The position numbers and the translations under genes are program-made. A stretch of 64,000 nt of DNA from NCBI RefSeq assembly GCF_000315625.1, contig NW_005434670.1, forward strand, positions 1,008,258 to 1,072,257. Reading direction: 5' to 3'. The notes under the pieces are model-generated. The model searched no databases. It was not told the DNA's origin and saw only the letters and a list, made by a program, of their open reading frames with translations. This stretch comes from Guillardia theta CCMP2712. Its lineage: Eukaryota > Protista > Cryptophyta. Shown in pieces: positions 48,114 through 59,756 of this stretch (positions are counted from its first letter, which is position 1; each line of letters begins with the position of its first letter).

Positions 48114-51100
48114 CTAGCTGGGTTGGTTGTGCAGTCTCCTCCCAACGAGGTACATAGAGTCCCTCAGCGAGTCGTGCAGCTGCCCCAGCACGCTCCTCGT
48201 CCTCCTCATCCCCATGATAGTCACGTACACCATCGCTCCTCCTGGATACATCACTCGCCAGTACCAGCTGCAGCACCGCGCCCCGAAACCTGCCATGCTG
48301 TCAGCTGCGTCCTTGTACCTCACTACTCCCTCCTCGCACTCGAAAAGTACTCCGGCCCTCCTCCCTCTTCCCTTACTCTTCTCCTCCTCTCGCTCTCTTG
48401 TTCGTACTCACCAAGGACAGGCATCAGCCCCCAAGCAAGCGCATAAGGGACTGCAAGGAGCATGGAGAAAGCGGAGAGGAGGGGGACGGCGAGGCTCCTC
48501 ATGACCCAGGAGAGCCGCACGTTGCGCAGGCCCATCTGCTTCAAGTGCTGCAGCTTCTCACTCCAATGCGGCGCGAGGGAAGGGATGGCGAGCAGGACGC
48601 GGACGGTCACCTTGAGGACGAGAAGTCCCACCATCCAGTGCAGGAGGCCATGGAAGGCAGGGGCCTGATCCCATCCAACCCGCAGCATGAGGGTGAAGAC
48701 GAGGTCGAGAAGCAGTCCGAGGAGGAAGGGAAGGAATCCTCCGAGAAGCAAGAAGATACATGCGAGCTCGAGCCCCTGCAAAGCCTGTGAGTCCTATGAT
48801 ACGTGGACTTTTGGGAGAAGAAGAGGAGGCGGGGAGAAATGGGGGGAGGGGAAGGCGGGGGGAAAAGGAGGTGGTGGAGGCATCCGCCTTACCCGAAACA
48901 TTGTTGAGATAGTGTTGCTAACAAACACGTCAAACTCATGCTGCTGGAGCTGAAGACGAAGTCTTGCCGTTCCTTCCCAGAGCCAAACTGCTCATCATGA
49001 TCACCTTGAGCAGTGAACGACGAGGAGGGCGAGGAAAAGGATGAGGGAGAGGGAGACGAAAACGGTAACGACGAGGCAGATGAGGAGGAGGGAGAGGGGA
49101 GGAGGGGAATAAGAGAGACGGAACGAAGGGAGCAGGAGGAAGAAAGCTCACCTGTTGAGGAGAAGCCTATGGAATACGCGTACATGTCGTTGCATTCGTT
49201 CACACCCAGGACCGCGAGGATCTGACGGCCAACAAGGAGGGGGACGATGACGGAGAAGCCGCCGACCAAAGCGATGGACAAGCACGCGAGGTGCAGCATC
49301 AAAAGAGACTCTTTGAGGATAGACCGCTTCTCTCGGCCATCGCTCTGATCTTCTTGCAAGATGTCTGCCTCTGATGATCGCTCGTTGGCAGATGCTTGAT
49401 CCTGCACGTGGTCCTGCGCCGGCTCCTCTGCCTGATCCTGTGCTCTAGCCCCCTCGTCAATCTGATCTTGAGGAAGGACGCGATCTCGGATGTCTAGCGC
49501 GGTTCCGACCGCCTCCAGCCATGCTCGTAGCAGCGTCTGCGGCAACCAGGTCACAAGGGACGGGAGGGAACGAACGGCTCTCACCTTGAAGAAATCGCGA
49601 GGAGCAAAGGTTTCCATAAGAAGAGGAAAGGAAATATGGAGCAGGAGAATGTAGGGTGGGACTTCAGCTATAGGGTTGTAGAATCTGAACCTCACAGGAA
49701 ACAGACCAGGGAGCGCCTGAAGAGAGGAGAACGTCAAAACCAGGGAAAAACACACGAGCGGCCATCACCGCATCGGCAAGAGCAAGAGGAAGATGGATGA
49801 GGATGACGGTAAGGGGAAGGTAGAGGATTGTGCAGAGGACGATCCTCCTCGCATGCTTCGGGATCGGCTCGTCGATCAGATCTCGAAGAGGGTGTTCGAT
49901 CGCATCCTCCGGGTTCCTCAAGAACCAGAGCACTTCTGGCTTGACAACTTCACGCAGCACAGCAACCAAGACTGCCACATGGACCATGAAAGCAACCCCG
50001 ACTGCCCAGTGACTGCGAAACCTTGTCACTCTCACTCGTACCGGGAGATCAAAAATTACAGGAATTGAGAAGTGAAGAAGTTTTGCCGCATGTACTCCAT
50101 CCTTTCCGCTCTCGTTGCACCTGTCAACTGCAGGGAGCAAAAGTCTAACCACCACCCGCATCCTGTTGGGAAGGCAACGAGCTCGATCAACAGGAGCACC
50201 GTGACCTGCTGATTCTGTCAGCTCAAGTGAAGAGGGAGCAAGCAGACTTTCCTTGATCAGGATCAGCGCATATCGAGTCATGCTCAGTACTTGGCGATGT
50301 AGAGGAGAATGAGGAGAAAACCATTCCTGCCTTGTTCCAAACACCAGCGAGACCAGGATTACATCCAGGAGGATGAAGATGATCGTTGCATATCCCGTCA
50401 AGAGCGTGACTCCGTCACCGTAGTATGCACTCTCTGCTTCCTTCTCCGTGAAGGTGATGTCGAAGAACACTTTCCAGTTGTGCTTGAACTATTCAATCAA
50501 AAAGTCAGCTAAACTGCAAAAATGCGACAGGTCTCATTCACCCATAGGATAGATCTTCCGATGCTGAAAGGAATGAAGGTGAGCATTCCAATGAAGATGG
50601 CGTTGGAAATCAAAACTGTAAGAAAGTTTTCCAGGATCAGAGGAAGGGGCCCATTGATCCCAATGAACTCCTCCAAGGGGATTTCCTCCCTTCCGTCCAA
50701 GAACCCAACAAGCGGGTCGTCGTTTTGGACCTCCTGATTCTCCACCTCTCGGATCGGGAAGTTTCTATCCGCTTCTTGGTTGAAGTTGACGTTATCATTC
50801 CTCATGTCAAACTCTTCGTTCCCTCCCGCGCCAAAGGGCTCTTCGGCTCCTTCCTCGTTCTCAGGTTCGAACTGGCGACGAGCAGGCTGAGCAAGGTTGA
50901 AGCGGTTCGGTGCTGGGATCCTGTACTGTTGGCGGTTGTGGAGGTGTTGATGAAGTCGTTCTTGACGGAGCATGTAATCTCGCAGAGCAGAGACTGCCAA
51001 GAAGACCGTGACGACCAGCAGAGACAGCAGGACCCCTTGCATCCAATCTGCCACGATGGCACCGACCTGCGCGTTCACCAAAAAAAATCAAACAAGAGCA

Positions 51101-51964
51101 CGTCAGGGCAGACGTTCACTATCACCTGCATTCGATTGCGGAAGTGTGACAGTATGTACAGGGACCTCATAAAGTACAACCTACAGATCCACGACGTTCC
51201 AACGGGCAAGAACACGATCCATAGGAAGGCAATGAGATTCTGCAGGTGACATGTCATGCGAAGGGAAAGCAACGACCTGAGAAGCAGTGCAGGATACAAC
51301 TCACCAGCCTCAAATACCAGATAACCTTCTTGAAAAGCACATCCAGCAACCCAGCGGTGAATTCATAGGGCGAAAGCCGTTCAGGAGCGTTGGGAGCATA
51401 TACAGGTGAGAAAATGAATGGCTGATGGCAAAGTTCGCACTTAGTTGACCCTGTCCGCGCCAACCAGGCATCCAAGCACTCTTGGTGGACATATCGGATT
51501 GAGCCTGAGCATTTGCAGGGATACAACAGGACTCCGCACTCTACCCCCCCACGGCAGATGCGACATTCTAGATCGTCCTCGTGACAACCAGCATCTGACA
51601 CCCTTGCATCGGATGAACCTTCATTGCTAGCTTTCTGAAATTGAAAATCTTCTGACATGTCGACCTCGTCGCGCTCTTCACTCTTGCAGGCGTGATCCCA
51701 TTGGGAATCGTCTTCCACGGCATCCGAGTTCCGACTGCGGACATCCTGCGCATTGATGTCTGAATCATCATAATCGAGGCTGTTACTTGAGTGCGTATCA
51801 TGGTACGACTGTGCAAACACTGGCTGTGCAAAAATCATCTGAGCAGAGTCCGTTTGCACATCGCTCTCTTCACTCTGTGTCAGGCGAGTGTTCTGCCACA
51901 GCATACCCCTCACTGCTGAATCAGAGAATCCTTCGGCAGTCGAATTGTTATCCTGCAAGGACAT
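48114..51964 (-). CDS. MARCH6: MARCH6/Doa10/SUD1 RING-CH ERAD E3 ubiquitin ligase, multi-exon (may extend further 5')
   Basis: RINGv CRICRGG..LLYPCKCSGSIRYVHQECLDAWL..KCELC..FIFSPVYAPNAPERL; IPLEEFIGINGPL; LREVVKPEVLWFLRNPED; many TMs; C-terminal LRDSMYLVGRRLHN. Confidence 0.93.
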
Positions 51965-52839
51965 TCAAACTCTTGATTGATCTTCCTGGCAGAACATTCA
52001 ATCTGAGCGAATTTTCCCGCAGAAAGCACTCATGTTGTCCTAGAGAACTTTAGACTGTGATGATTCACTTGTCATCCTCGGTCGTCCATTCGTGTAGGAA
52101 CAACCTATGGCATGGTATCAGTGCAACTCCATGTATGATGTAAACGCATTATAACACAGAACATGCATTACTTCTGGTCCAGCACGATTGCAACCAGCAA
52201 CTGAACAAACAGGAACATCGCAAAACAGCATGTGTTCCCATCTAACCTCTCAAGTTCAAATCGAGCATGATGGCTGTCCTCACGATTCAAGAAGCATCAT
52301 CTTTGAGCAGATCTCAACCTATCGGTATCTTCTGACACTCTCGACCGAGCCAATCGACCTCTCCTTGCCTCCTCTCCTCACCTACCCAGTTTCTGAGTTT
52401 TCAACCAAATCTTGTGTTTGACCTCTATGCAATCGACATCTCAGGCTCCCTAATCACTTGCATCGCCTTTCAGCGGCTCTGTCCTCGGCTCTGTCCTCTC
52501 CGTGCAACCTTTCCATTGCCTGTAGCTCGATCCGTCATCATCTTATCCCTTCCATCTTCATCTGCTTCATTCCCTGCCTTTTGTCTACCAGCCATGTCGC
52601 AGCATCTCTCAACCCCTTGATACCATCTAGTTTTCCCAAGAATAATTTCACACATGCATAATGTTTTCAAATATTAATTTATTATTTGAAATTTAATCAA
52701 AATATTTGCATACAGTCGCTTTTTTTTTCCTAAAGTCGATATCCTTAGGCCGGGGCCCGGACCGCCGCCACAGGCCCCGGCGGCCAGGCGGGCGGGCCCG
52801 GCCCAGTCACTGAGTGAAACCTCGGCGGACGGTATACTT

Positions 52840-52871
52840 TTTACTCAAAGTTAAGTTAAAAATAAGTATAC
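52840..52871 (+). repeat. Copy of dispersed ~30-bp element
   Basis: tttactcaaagttaagttaaaaataagtatac inside the CpG-rich island 52745-53100. Confidence 0.9.
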
Positions 52872-53740
52872 TACTACCGCCGCGCGTGATGATTGCGTGA
52901 TCGGACGGTCCGATCTGTCAGCGCAGGCAAGTTTCCGTTCCGAACGTGACTGATTTGCGGTCCGAGCGACGGTGCCGGGCCTATTGAGCGGGCCCCCGGC
53001 CGCGGGTCCGATCCGAGCCGAGTGGGCCGGCCGCCGCCGCCGCCCCGGGGGCATCATCATAGTTGGGGCACTAGTAAAGTCACTGAGGCAAACGCCGGTG
53101 CCAGGCTGTCACACGAGTCGCTGAATCGAGACTGGTGATGACTTGAGACCCTCCCTCCCTGAACAAGTTGTGATCCGAGCGGGGTGGGGTGATATGAGTA
53201 CCCGTATATTTTAGTCTTTGAACCCCTTCCTTGCCCAAGGGTACATGGGATATTCTATCAAATTCCTCTACGAGGGGTCAAAAAGTAATCTAGTTTTGGG
53301 TAGGGACATGTCAGCAAGATGGTGGTCCCCACCGGTTGGTCTGTGCTGGTTGATGGGTTTGATGACAGGGGGTAGGGGTAGGGTACTTGATCAACACTGA
53401 TGGTATTCGGTACCGGTGTCCGTTAGAACTAGAATTGTAAGTACCTGGTTATACCCTTTCCTGGTAGGGGTACTTGTCGGTGAACCGGAGGGTGTATTCA
53501 TAATGTATGGTGTCATCAAGGTCCTTGCTTATGGAGGGGGGTAGGATAGAAATTGGTAGGGTGGTGGCTCGTAGGGATACAATTAGCCACCAAAAGGTTG
53601 AGAGGGGAGGGGGTATTCCCGATGTGCGTGAGGAATAACAAGGGGTGGGGGTGAGCTCAAAATGATGGAGATATGGGTGGGGTATGGATACGCCGCAGTA
53701 TAAAGAGTAGGGTGGGTGGAGCAGGTCGTAGAGACAGAGG

Positions 53741-54260
53741 ATGGTGAAGGAAGTTGCGACTAAGGCAGAGTTCGACAGCATTATTGCGACAGACAAGGTG
53801 ACATCATGTTGAGATGTTTCATGATTGAATGAGCGTGTTCTTAAACTCTTTATTATTGCTTCTCTACTTGAGTTTTCGACTCTTTGACTGTGATGTGCAG
53901 CCTGTTTTCGTTGATTTTTCTGCGACGTGGTGTGGACCATGCCAGAGGATTGGACCTGTTTTTCACAAGCTAGCTGATGAGTACGGCGACAAGTGCATTT
54001 GCATCAAGATTGATGTTGACGACAACGAGGTGAGTTTGGCAATTTCACTAACCTCAGGCACATGGTGACGAGATACTCTCCAGGAAACTGCGGCTGCTTG
54101 TGGAGTTGAGTCCATGCCCACTTTCCATGTTTACAAGGGTGGCAAGCTTGAGCACAAGTAACTTTTTTCTTATCATCCATAGTACTAGTAACACTGTGGG
54201 TCCAGGTTCACCGGTGCTGATGAGGGCACTTTGAGAGAGTGCTTCAAGAAGTACTGCTAG
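53741..54260 (+). CDS. TRX: Cytosolic thioredoxin (4 exons)
   Basis: [33 protein letters not shown]...[45 protein letters not shown]. Confidence 0.95.
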
Positions 54261-54867
54261 ATCAAATCTGCTCAAACAAGTGTAAACGATTGCTTCGTAT
54301 TGGGAGGCAGGGGTACTTGCCTACAGAACACAACTTGAAAATAAGTAAATAGCTTGTGATATTTCCTGGTTCTCAATTCTCATTGTGGTCGAACCTGCTT
54401 TTGGTGCACCCGACTCTAAAGGCTCGTCACCAGAAGCTGATCTTGCTCGCAATTCTTCATCTGACCATGGCGAGTGTGTTGTGAAATCATCCTTGAGTTT
54501 GAATCATAGCATAATATTGTCAACTTTTTGCTCGTGAAGCCCATTTCGAACCGTTGAACCAGATCTGCAATAACGGTTCTGAAAGTTCCCCTCAAAACTT
54601 CCCGAGTCCGTGTATTGGGTGACCGGAGGTACGGTATCGTAATCAGTAGTGTTGCCGCGGCCCGTCAAGGACAATCCGATGATCACTGGGAGACACTGTT
54701 GGCCAGGACCAAGAGGAACCAAACTTGAAGTTTCAAGTCAAGTTGCCAGCCGGGTCCCCGCATCAAAGCCTACATGATCACAGTGGCGCCTGCACTGTGC
54801 CTTTACCGACTGCTGCCCCCCAAACTTAACTGATATCTTCACTTAACTGCGCGCAGGACAATTCTCC

Positions 54868-55010
54868 TTTTACTCAAAGTTAAGTGAAAAATCATTACGA
54901 GGACAATTCTCCCGTGCTGTCCACAGGGCCCCGGTTGACTCATCCGGATTACCCGATCGGACAACGGAGGCTCTTGTTACTCAAAGTTAAGTTAAAAATC
55001 AGTACGAGGA
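54868..55010 (+). repeat. Two copies of dispersed ~30-bp element (54868-54899, 54977-55010)
   Basis: ttttactcaaagttaagtgaaaaatcattacg and ttactcaaagttaagttaaaaatcagtacgagga. Confidence 0.9.
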
Positions 55011-55259
55011 TAGACCCGTTGTCAACTTCAGATTCCTCGTGTGCTAGAATAGGAGGGGGTGGTCGTTTGTGCTCTAAGTACCCCTTCGAACATATGGAAG
55101 ACTATGGGTATTCACAAGGGAAATGGATGGGGGAAAATCTATTTGTGTCATTTGAGGGGGTAGGGGGTGATGTACCATCTCGTCTTGCAAATAAAAATGA
55201 AGAAGATTTCAGTCAAAAATGAAAGCTCACATCTACATTTGACTCAGGCAGGGAAAGGA

Positions 55260-55910
55260 ATGCAGGAGACCAAGGTAGACGTTGAGGGGCAGAGTGAGGG
55301 AGCGAGGGGGCAGGACGAGAAGGATGCGCAACAACGACGCCAACAACAGGGAGGACAAGAGCATGTCATACTGTGGGGTGGAGTGTGCGTGCATGCAGGA
55401 ACGGGTGTGCCACTGAAGAACGAAGAGCTGAAGGCCACTAAACTCGACACGGGTGGCGACAAGGCGAGTCCTCGTCAAGAGAATGCGGATAAAGGTCTTG
55501 ATGCATTAGTGGGTGGCGTATGCGTGAATGCGGTGAGTGGAAAACCGGTCAAGAAGGAGGAGTTGGGAGCTCTACACCTGGAAGAATTTCTCCCTTCATC
55601 TCACCGTTGCCCCTGTTGTGGCACTATGATCGGTGGGGCTGAGCGTGAGCAATCGATGTGTGACAATCAACGATGGAGCTGGAAAGGAGAGCCGATGTTC
55701 TGCTGCTTTTGTGCAAACTTGAAGGGATTGGGCAGTTTGAGCCATTTTGGATGTGAACTCTGTAAATCCCGGAGAAAACGATTCTACAAGAGGCAGTCTT
55801 TGCTCAACTCCAATTGCATTAATTGTGGCAAGCCTGGTAGTCAGCATGTGCCTGCTGATCCCAATGGAAGGGTAAAGTTTCACCTGCTCAAGTGTGTGTC
55901 GACTAAATGA
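55260..55910 (+). CDS. Hypothetical Cys-rich protein with an internal duplicated motif
   Basis: Uninterrupted ORF; GGVCVxAxxGxPxKxEEL occurs twice; CPCC, CCFC, CELC and CINC pairs. Confidence 0.6.
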   Translation: MQETKVDVEGQSEGARGQDEKDAQQRRQQQGGQEHVILWGGVCVHAGTGVPLKNEELKATKLDTGGDKASPRQENADKGLDALVGGVCVNAVSGKPVKKEELGALHLEEFLPSSHRCPCCGTMIGGAEREQSMCDNQRWSWKGEPMFCCFCANLKGLGSLSHFGCELCKSRRKRFYKRQSLLNSNCINCGKPGSQHVPADPNGRVKFHLLKCVSTK

Positions 55911-56371
55911 AAAGACCTTTCTACCGGAGCTCGAAAAGAAATGTAAACTTCGCTCCGCGAGTGTAGTTCTCTTGCAGTGAAAAGTTTTAGATCCTGCATC
56001 CATTTGGAAAATTAAAACACGATGCAAAATTTACGATGAGCTGTCCGATCGAGTATAGACCGAGTACAAGATCGACTTTCGTTGTTCAATGACAAAGTGC
56101 ATAGCATTGTACAACAGTTCAAACTGTGGAGGTGGGAACACAGTGAAAGGCCATCAATGCAGTAGATGAGTGAAACTTCAATAGGGAGCAGCGGCACTAA
56201 AGGGACAAGGAAGGATCTTTCCACTTTCGTTCAATTCATCCATGACACAGCAAGACTCTATTCCTGTGAGCTGCTGATAATCCCTTGTTTCTACTTCATA
56301 ATTTTGCATTTGGCATGAGAACCTCGTTAATTGTTTCATCTCCAACCTGCAGATTCTCTACAAGTCAGGCA

Positions 56372-58107
56372 TCAATAGGACTGAAAAACTTGAAACACCT
56401 CGTTGAGAGCTTCCCTGTCCCTCACACCAAGCAGGTAGAGGATGCCGTCTAGTCCGAGCGTGCTGATTCCCACTTTTGCCTGCGAAACGAACTTCAGAGC
56501 CTGGACAGCAAGCCTGACCGTCAAGTAGCAGTAGCAGCTCACCTGCTCTTTAACCTTCGGCTTTGCATGGAAAGCAACACCGAGCCCAGCGAGCTTGAGC
56601 ATAGGAATGTCGTTGGCACCATCACCGACTGCAATAACTTGCTTAAGAGACAAGCCCTCCTTCTTCGCAATCTCCTGAAGCAGCTCTGCCTTCCTATTGC
56701 CGTCAACGATTTCTCCCTTCACTTCTCCTGTAAGTTTTCCATCCTTGAAGTCCAGCTCATTGGCGTGCACATAGTCGATTCCCAGCTTCTTCTGCAAGAA
56801 GCGAGCGAAGTAGGTAAAACCTCCTGACAGGATTCCAACCTTGTAACCCAACCTCTTAAGGTTAGCTATCAGCCTTGGAGCTCCTTCTGTGACAGGGAGT
56901 CCCTCAGCAATCTCCTGCAGGACATTCTCGTCCATCCCCTTGAGGAGTCTCATACGCCTCTTGAAGCTTTCCTTGAAGTCAAGTTCCCCTCGCATGGCTG
57001 CTTCTGTGATTTCTGCCACCTGCTTCCCAACATTTGCCTTCTTGGCCAGTTCATCAATGACCTGAACAAGCAATTACCGATCCGGCTACCCAGGATCGCG
57101 AAAGATTTACCTCGCACTGTATGAGAGTCGAGTCCATGTCGAAGAGAATGAGGCGCCTGTTTCTTCTATAGAGATCATCGTCCTACAGAAAGGGCAACAT
57201 AAGGAAGGAAGCGACAGGAGATTCGAGTGGTAACAATGTCAAACCTGCACAGCGATGTCGACAGGTTGGCTGAGAGAGACTTTGAAGAGTTCTTCTCTCA
57301 TTTGATCCACATTGCGAGGCTTTCCGCTGACCTTTCAAGAAAGTGAACAAGAGATTACCAAGAGAGAAATCGAATTACCTCGAACTGAAGGGCAGATCGT
57401 TGCCCTTTCACATTAGTGCTGAGGTATTCGTCAATGGTCAAGCGCTCCAGTCAGAAGGAACTCACGAATTGAGGCCCCGCAATGAAACTCGACCAGAAAG
57501 TCGAGTAATGCTGTCAATGTTCAAGTTGTTGTCGAAGATGATCTTCGTTACTGCCACCGACAGGCTCAACTACAACAACAACAATCGAGAGGCTAGTTCA
57601 CCAATGGCAAGGTATTGTGCCTGGAGCCTCCTAGTGAGCAGAGTCACAGTGAAACGAGGCTTGGTTTGTTCGGCGACCCATCTTTCGTAATCAGGAGCAG
57701 AGATGGGAGTGAAATTGACTGGGTGTAGTCATCAAGAGTGTCAGCGCAAAGCAAGCTCTTGTAACACGGATCCCACCACCTGTGAGCCCCAGGTGATGTG
57801 CCATGAAGACGATCTCCTTCAGGACGTTCAGACCTGCGCGAACCTGTCATTGCTTGCAGAAACCTCTCACTCTCAGTGCCTGGCTCAGCCGGGGCCTCGA
57901 TTAGCATGCCGAGAGACAGCATATCGTGGATCTCTGCAACCGTATTGACAAACTCATCAACACACGTCAGATGCGTCGGTTACCAGCTTGCCCGATGTCG
58001 AGGACGGTAACGTTGTGCTTGCCCATCGTCTCGGTCAGGGCTGCGGTGAGACCCGGGCGAGCTCTCTCGCCCTTCACTGTGAGAAGAAAAATTTCTCGGC
58101 GAGGCAT
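56372..58107 (-). CDS. serB: Phosphoserine phosphatase SerB (HAD family) with N-terminal ACT domains, multi-exon
   Basis: MPRREIFLLTVKGESSPGLTAAL..VLDIGQA (ACT); NRRLILFDMDSTLIQCE/VIDELA; AMRGELDF; ILSGGF; AVGDGANDIPML; AFHAKPKV. Confidence 0.93.
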
Positions 58108-58157
58108 TTTAGGACTCCCTCCAGACTGGAAATTGATTCAATGAACTGACGATTGAG

Positions 58158-58209
58158 ACAGATCTTTGACATCTTCTACACGAACAGATCTTTGACATCT
58201 TCTACACGA
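58158..58209. repeat. Perfect 26-bp tandem duplication just upstream of serB
   Basis: acagatctttgacatcttctacacga x2. Confidence 0.9.
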
Positions 58210-59756
58210 ACATAGATCAAAGTGTTGTGATGAATCATCAGCACTCAAAACCAAAATCCATGTGCACATTTCGCGATTTGCGTTACACCCCTGCCTCCTC
58301 ACGATTAGTTGTTCTGCCTGTTCATACGCGTCCCTCTGCAGTAGTTCGCTCTTCTTCCTGCCTCGCAGTGCTGTTCTATTCTTTTTTGTTTTGTGTTTTG
58401 CACCCTTAAACATTTTCTCGTCATTTTGGCTGAAAGCGAAATGACGATCCCCTCCTCGTCTAATCTTGCTATATGATCCTGGCTTCACATCAATGCTCCA
58501 CATCTTCAGATGGTATAGATTTCCTCTCTGATGATCATGACTTCTTTCATCAACGTCCTTGAGTCTCCTCCCGTTCTCTCTTTAACGTATCTCGTCCTCT
58601 CGCTTCATTCCTCCTCCTCACATCCTCTCCCCCCCTCTATTCCGCGGGGCCGCAAAAACGAGCACAAGAAGCCTCATTCGAACCTGTTTCCTGTGGGTGT
58701 TCTTTGTCATCAAAAGCTGAAAATAACTTCGTCTGTATTTCAAAACTTCTTTTTGATATTCAAATGTACAGGTTGAGTTATGCATGGTTGTGAAAATATG
58801 GCGCTGGTTCTTATCAGACAAGCGTGAGTTGGATTCCCTATTGACCGTTACGCTTGAGTGAACTCATAACCGTCTATATAGTTGTTGGCACCGAGCCAAA
58901 CAACTAGGCTTCTACAGTTTTTTAATCAACAATTGGGGGATAAATAGGGGGTAGTTTTAGATGTATAAGGAGGGGTAGTAGCAGGGTACGGGTTTGCTCT
59001 GGTAGAAACTTCGGGCAAAGGGGTCACAAAATCTTCGATTTATTTCATTTAATTCTGTGACTTGTGAAAACATTGCTGTACTTTTCGAGAAAGGTGGAAT
59101 AAATACATCACAAAAAGTCCCCTGCCGGTAACGACGATGTTTCCGGGAAATCTTGGTAGGGGTGGGTTATCTAAAATCATGGGTCATATTTGTCTTACAG
59201 GGGTATATGAAGCTCTCAATGGAAAATAATGGGGTACTTTTTGTAATGAATTACAATATTTAAGCACGGGTACATTTTTTTTGACAGGGGTGCTAGCGAA
59301 CTAATTGTCAACAAGAGAGGGTGGGGGGTACTATTTGAGGGGTGGGGGTAGGGGAGGTGGCGCATCATGTCAGAGAGTGAACCATATGAAGGAACAGATG
59401 GAAGAGGGAGAGGGGCAGGGAGAGGAAGAGGAAGAGGAAGGTAGAGAGGGTAGTGGAAGGAAGGAAGCGCGGGGAAAGTGCGACAAGGCAGGTAGAACGT
59501 TGGCGAGCAAGCTGGGTGGAAGGGAAGGACTAACACTACTAGGGAAGATTGCAGCCTGATGTTTGGCTGTATGCTCATTGTCTTTGACCTGAGTCCAGGG
59601 TGTAATTGCTGAGGGAAAGAGATTTTGCCATGAATTTAATGTTCAAGCTGAGTGCTCTACAGGTGCTCTGGCCCGACGCATGGTTCAAACACCTTCCATG
59701 GATGGGATAAGATGAAGACAAGGGGAGACCCATATTCTGCCTGAAAATTAGAAAAC

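Noticed and set aside
1217-51964. Functional cluster of membrane-trafficking genes (EHD-like, CHMP2, VPS13, MARCH6)
   Set aside because: They are interspersed with unrelated genes on both strands, with no evidence beyond chance.
52832-52871. GTATAC on both sides of an element copy as a target-site duplication
   Set aside because: The right-hand GTATAC overlaps the element's own AGTAC end, so a 6-bp match is weak evidence.
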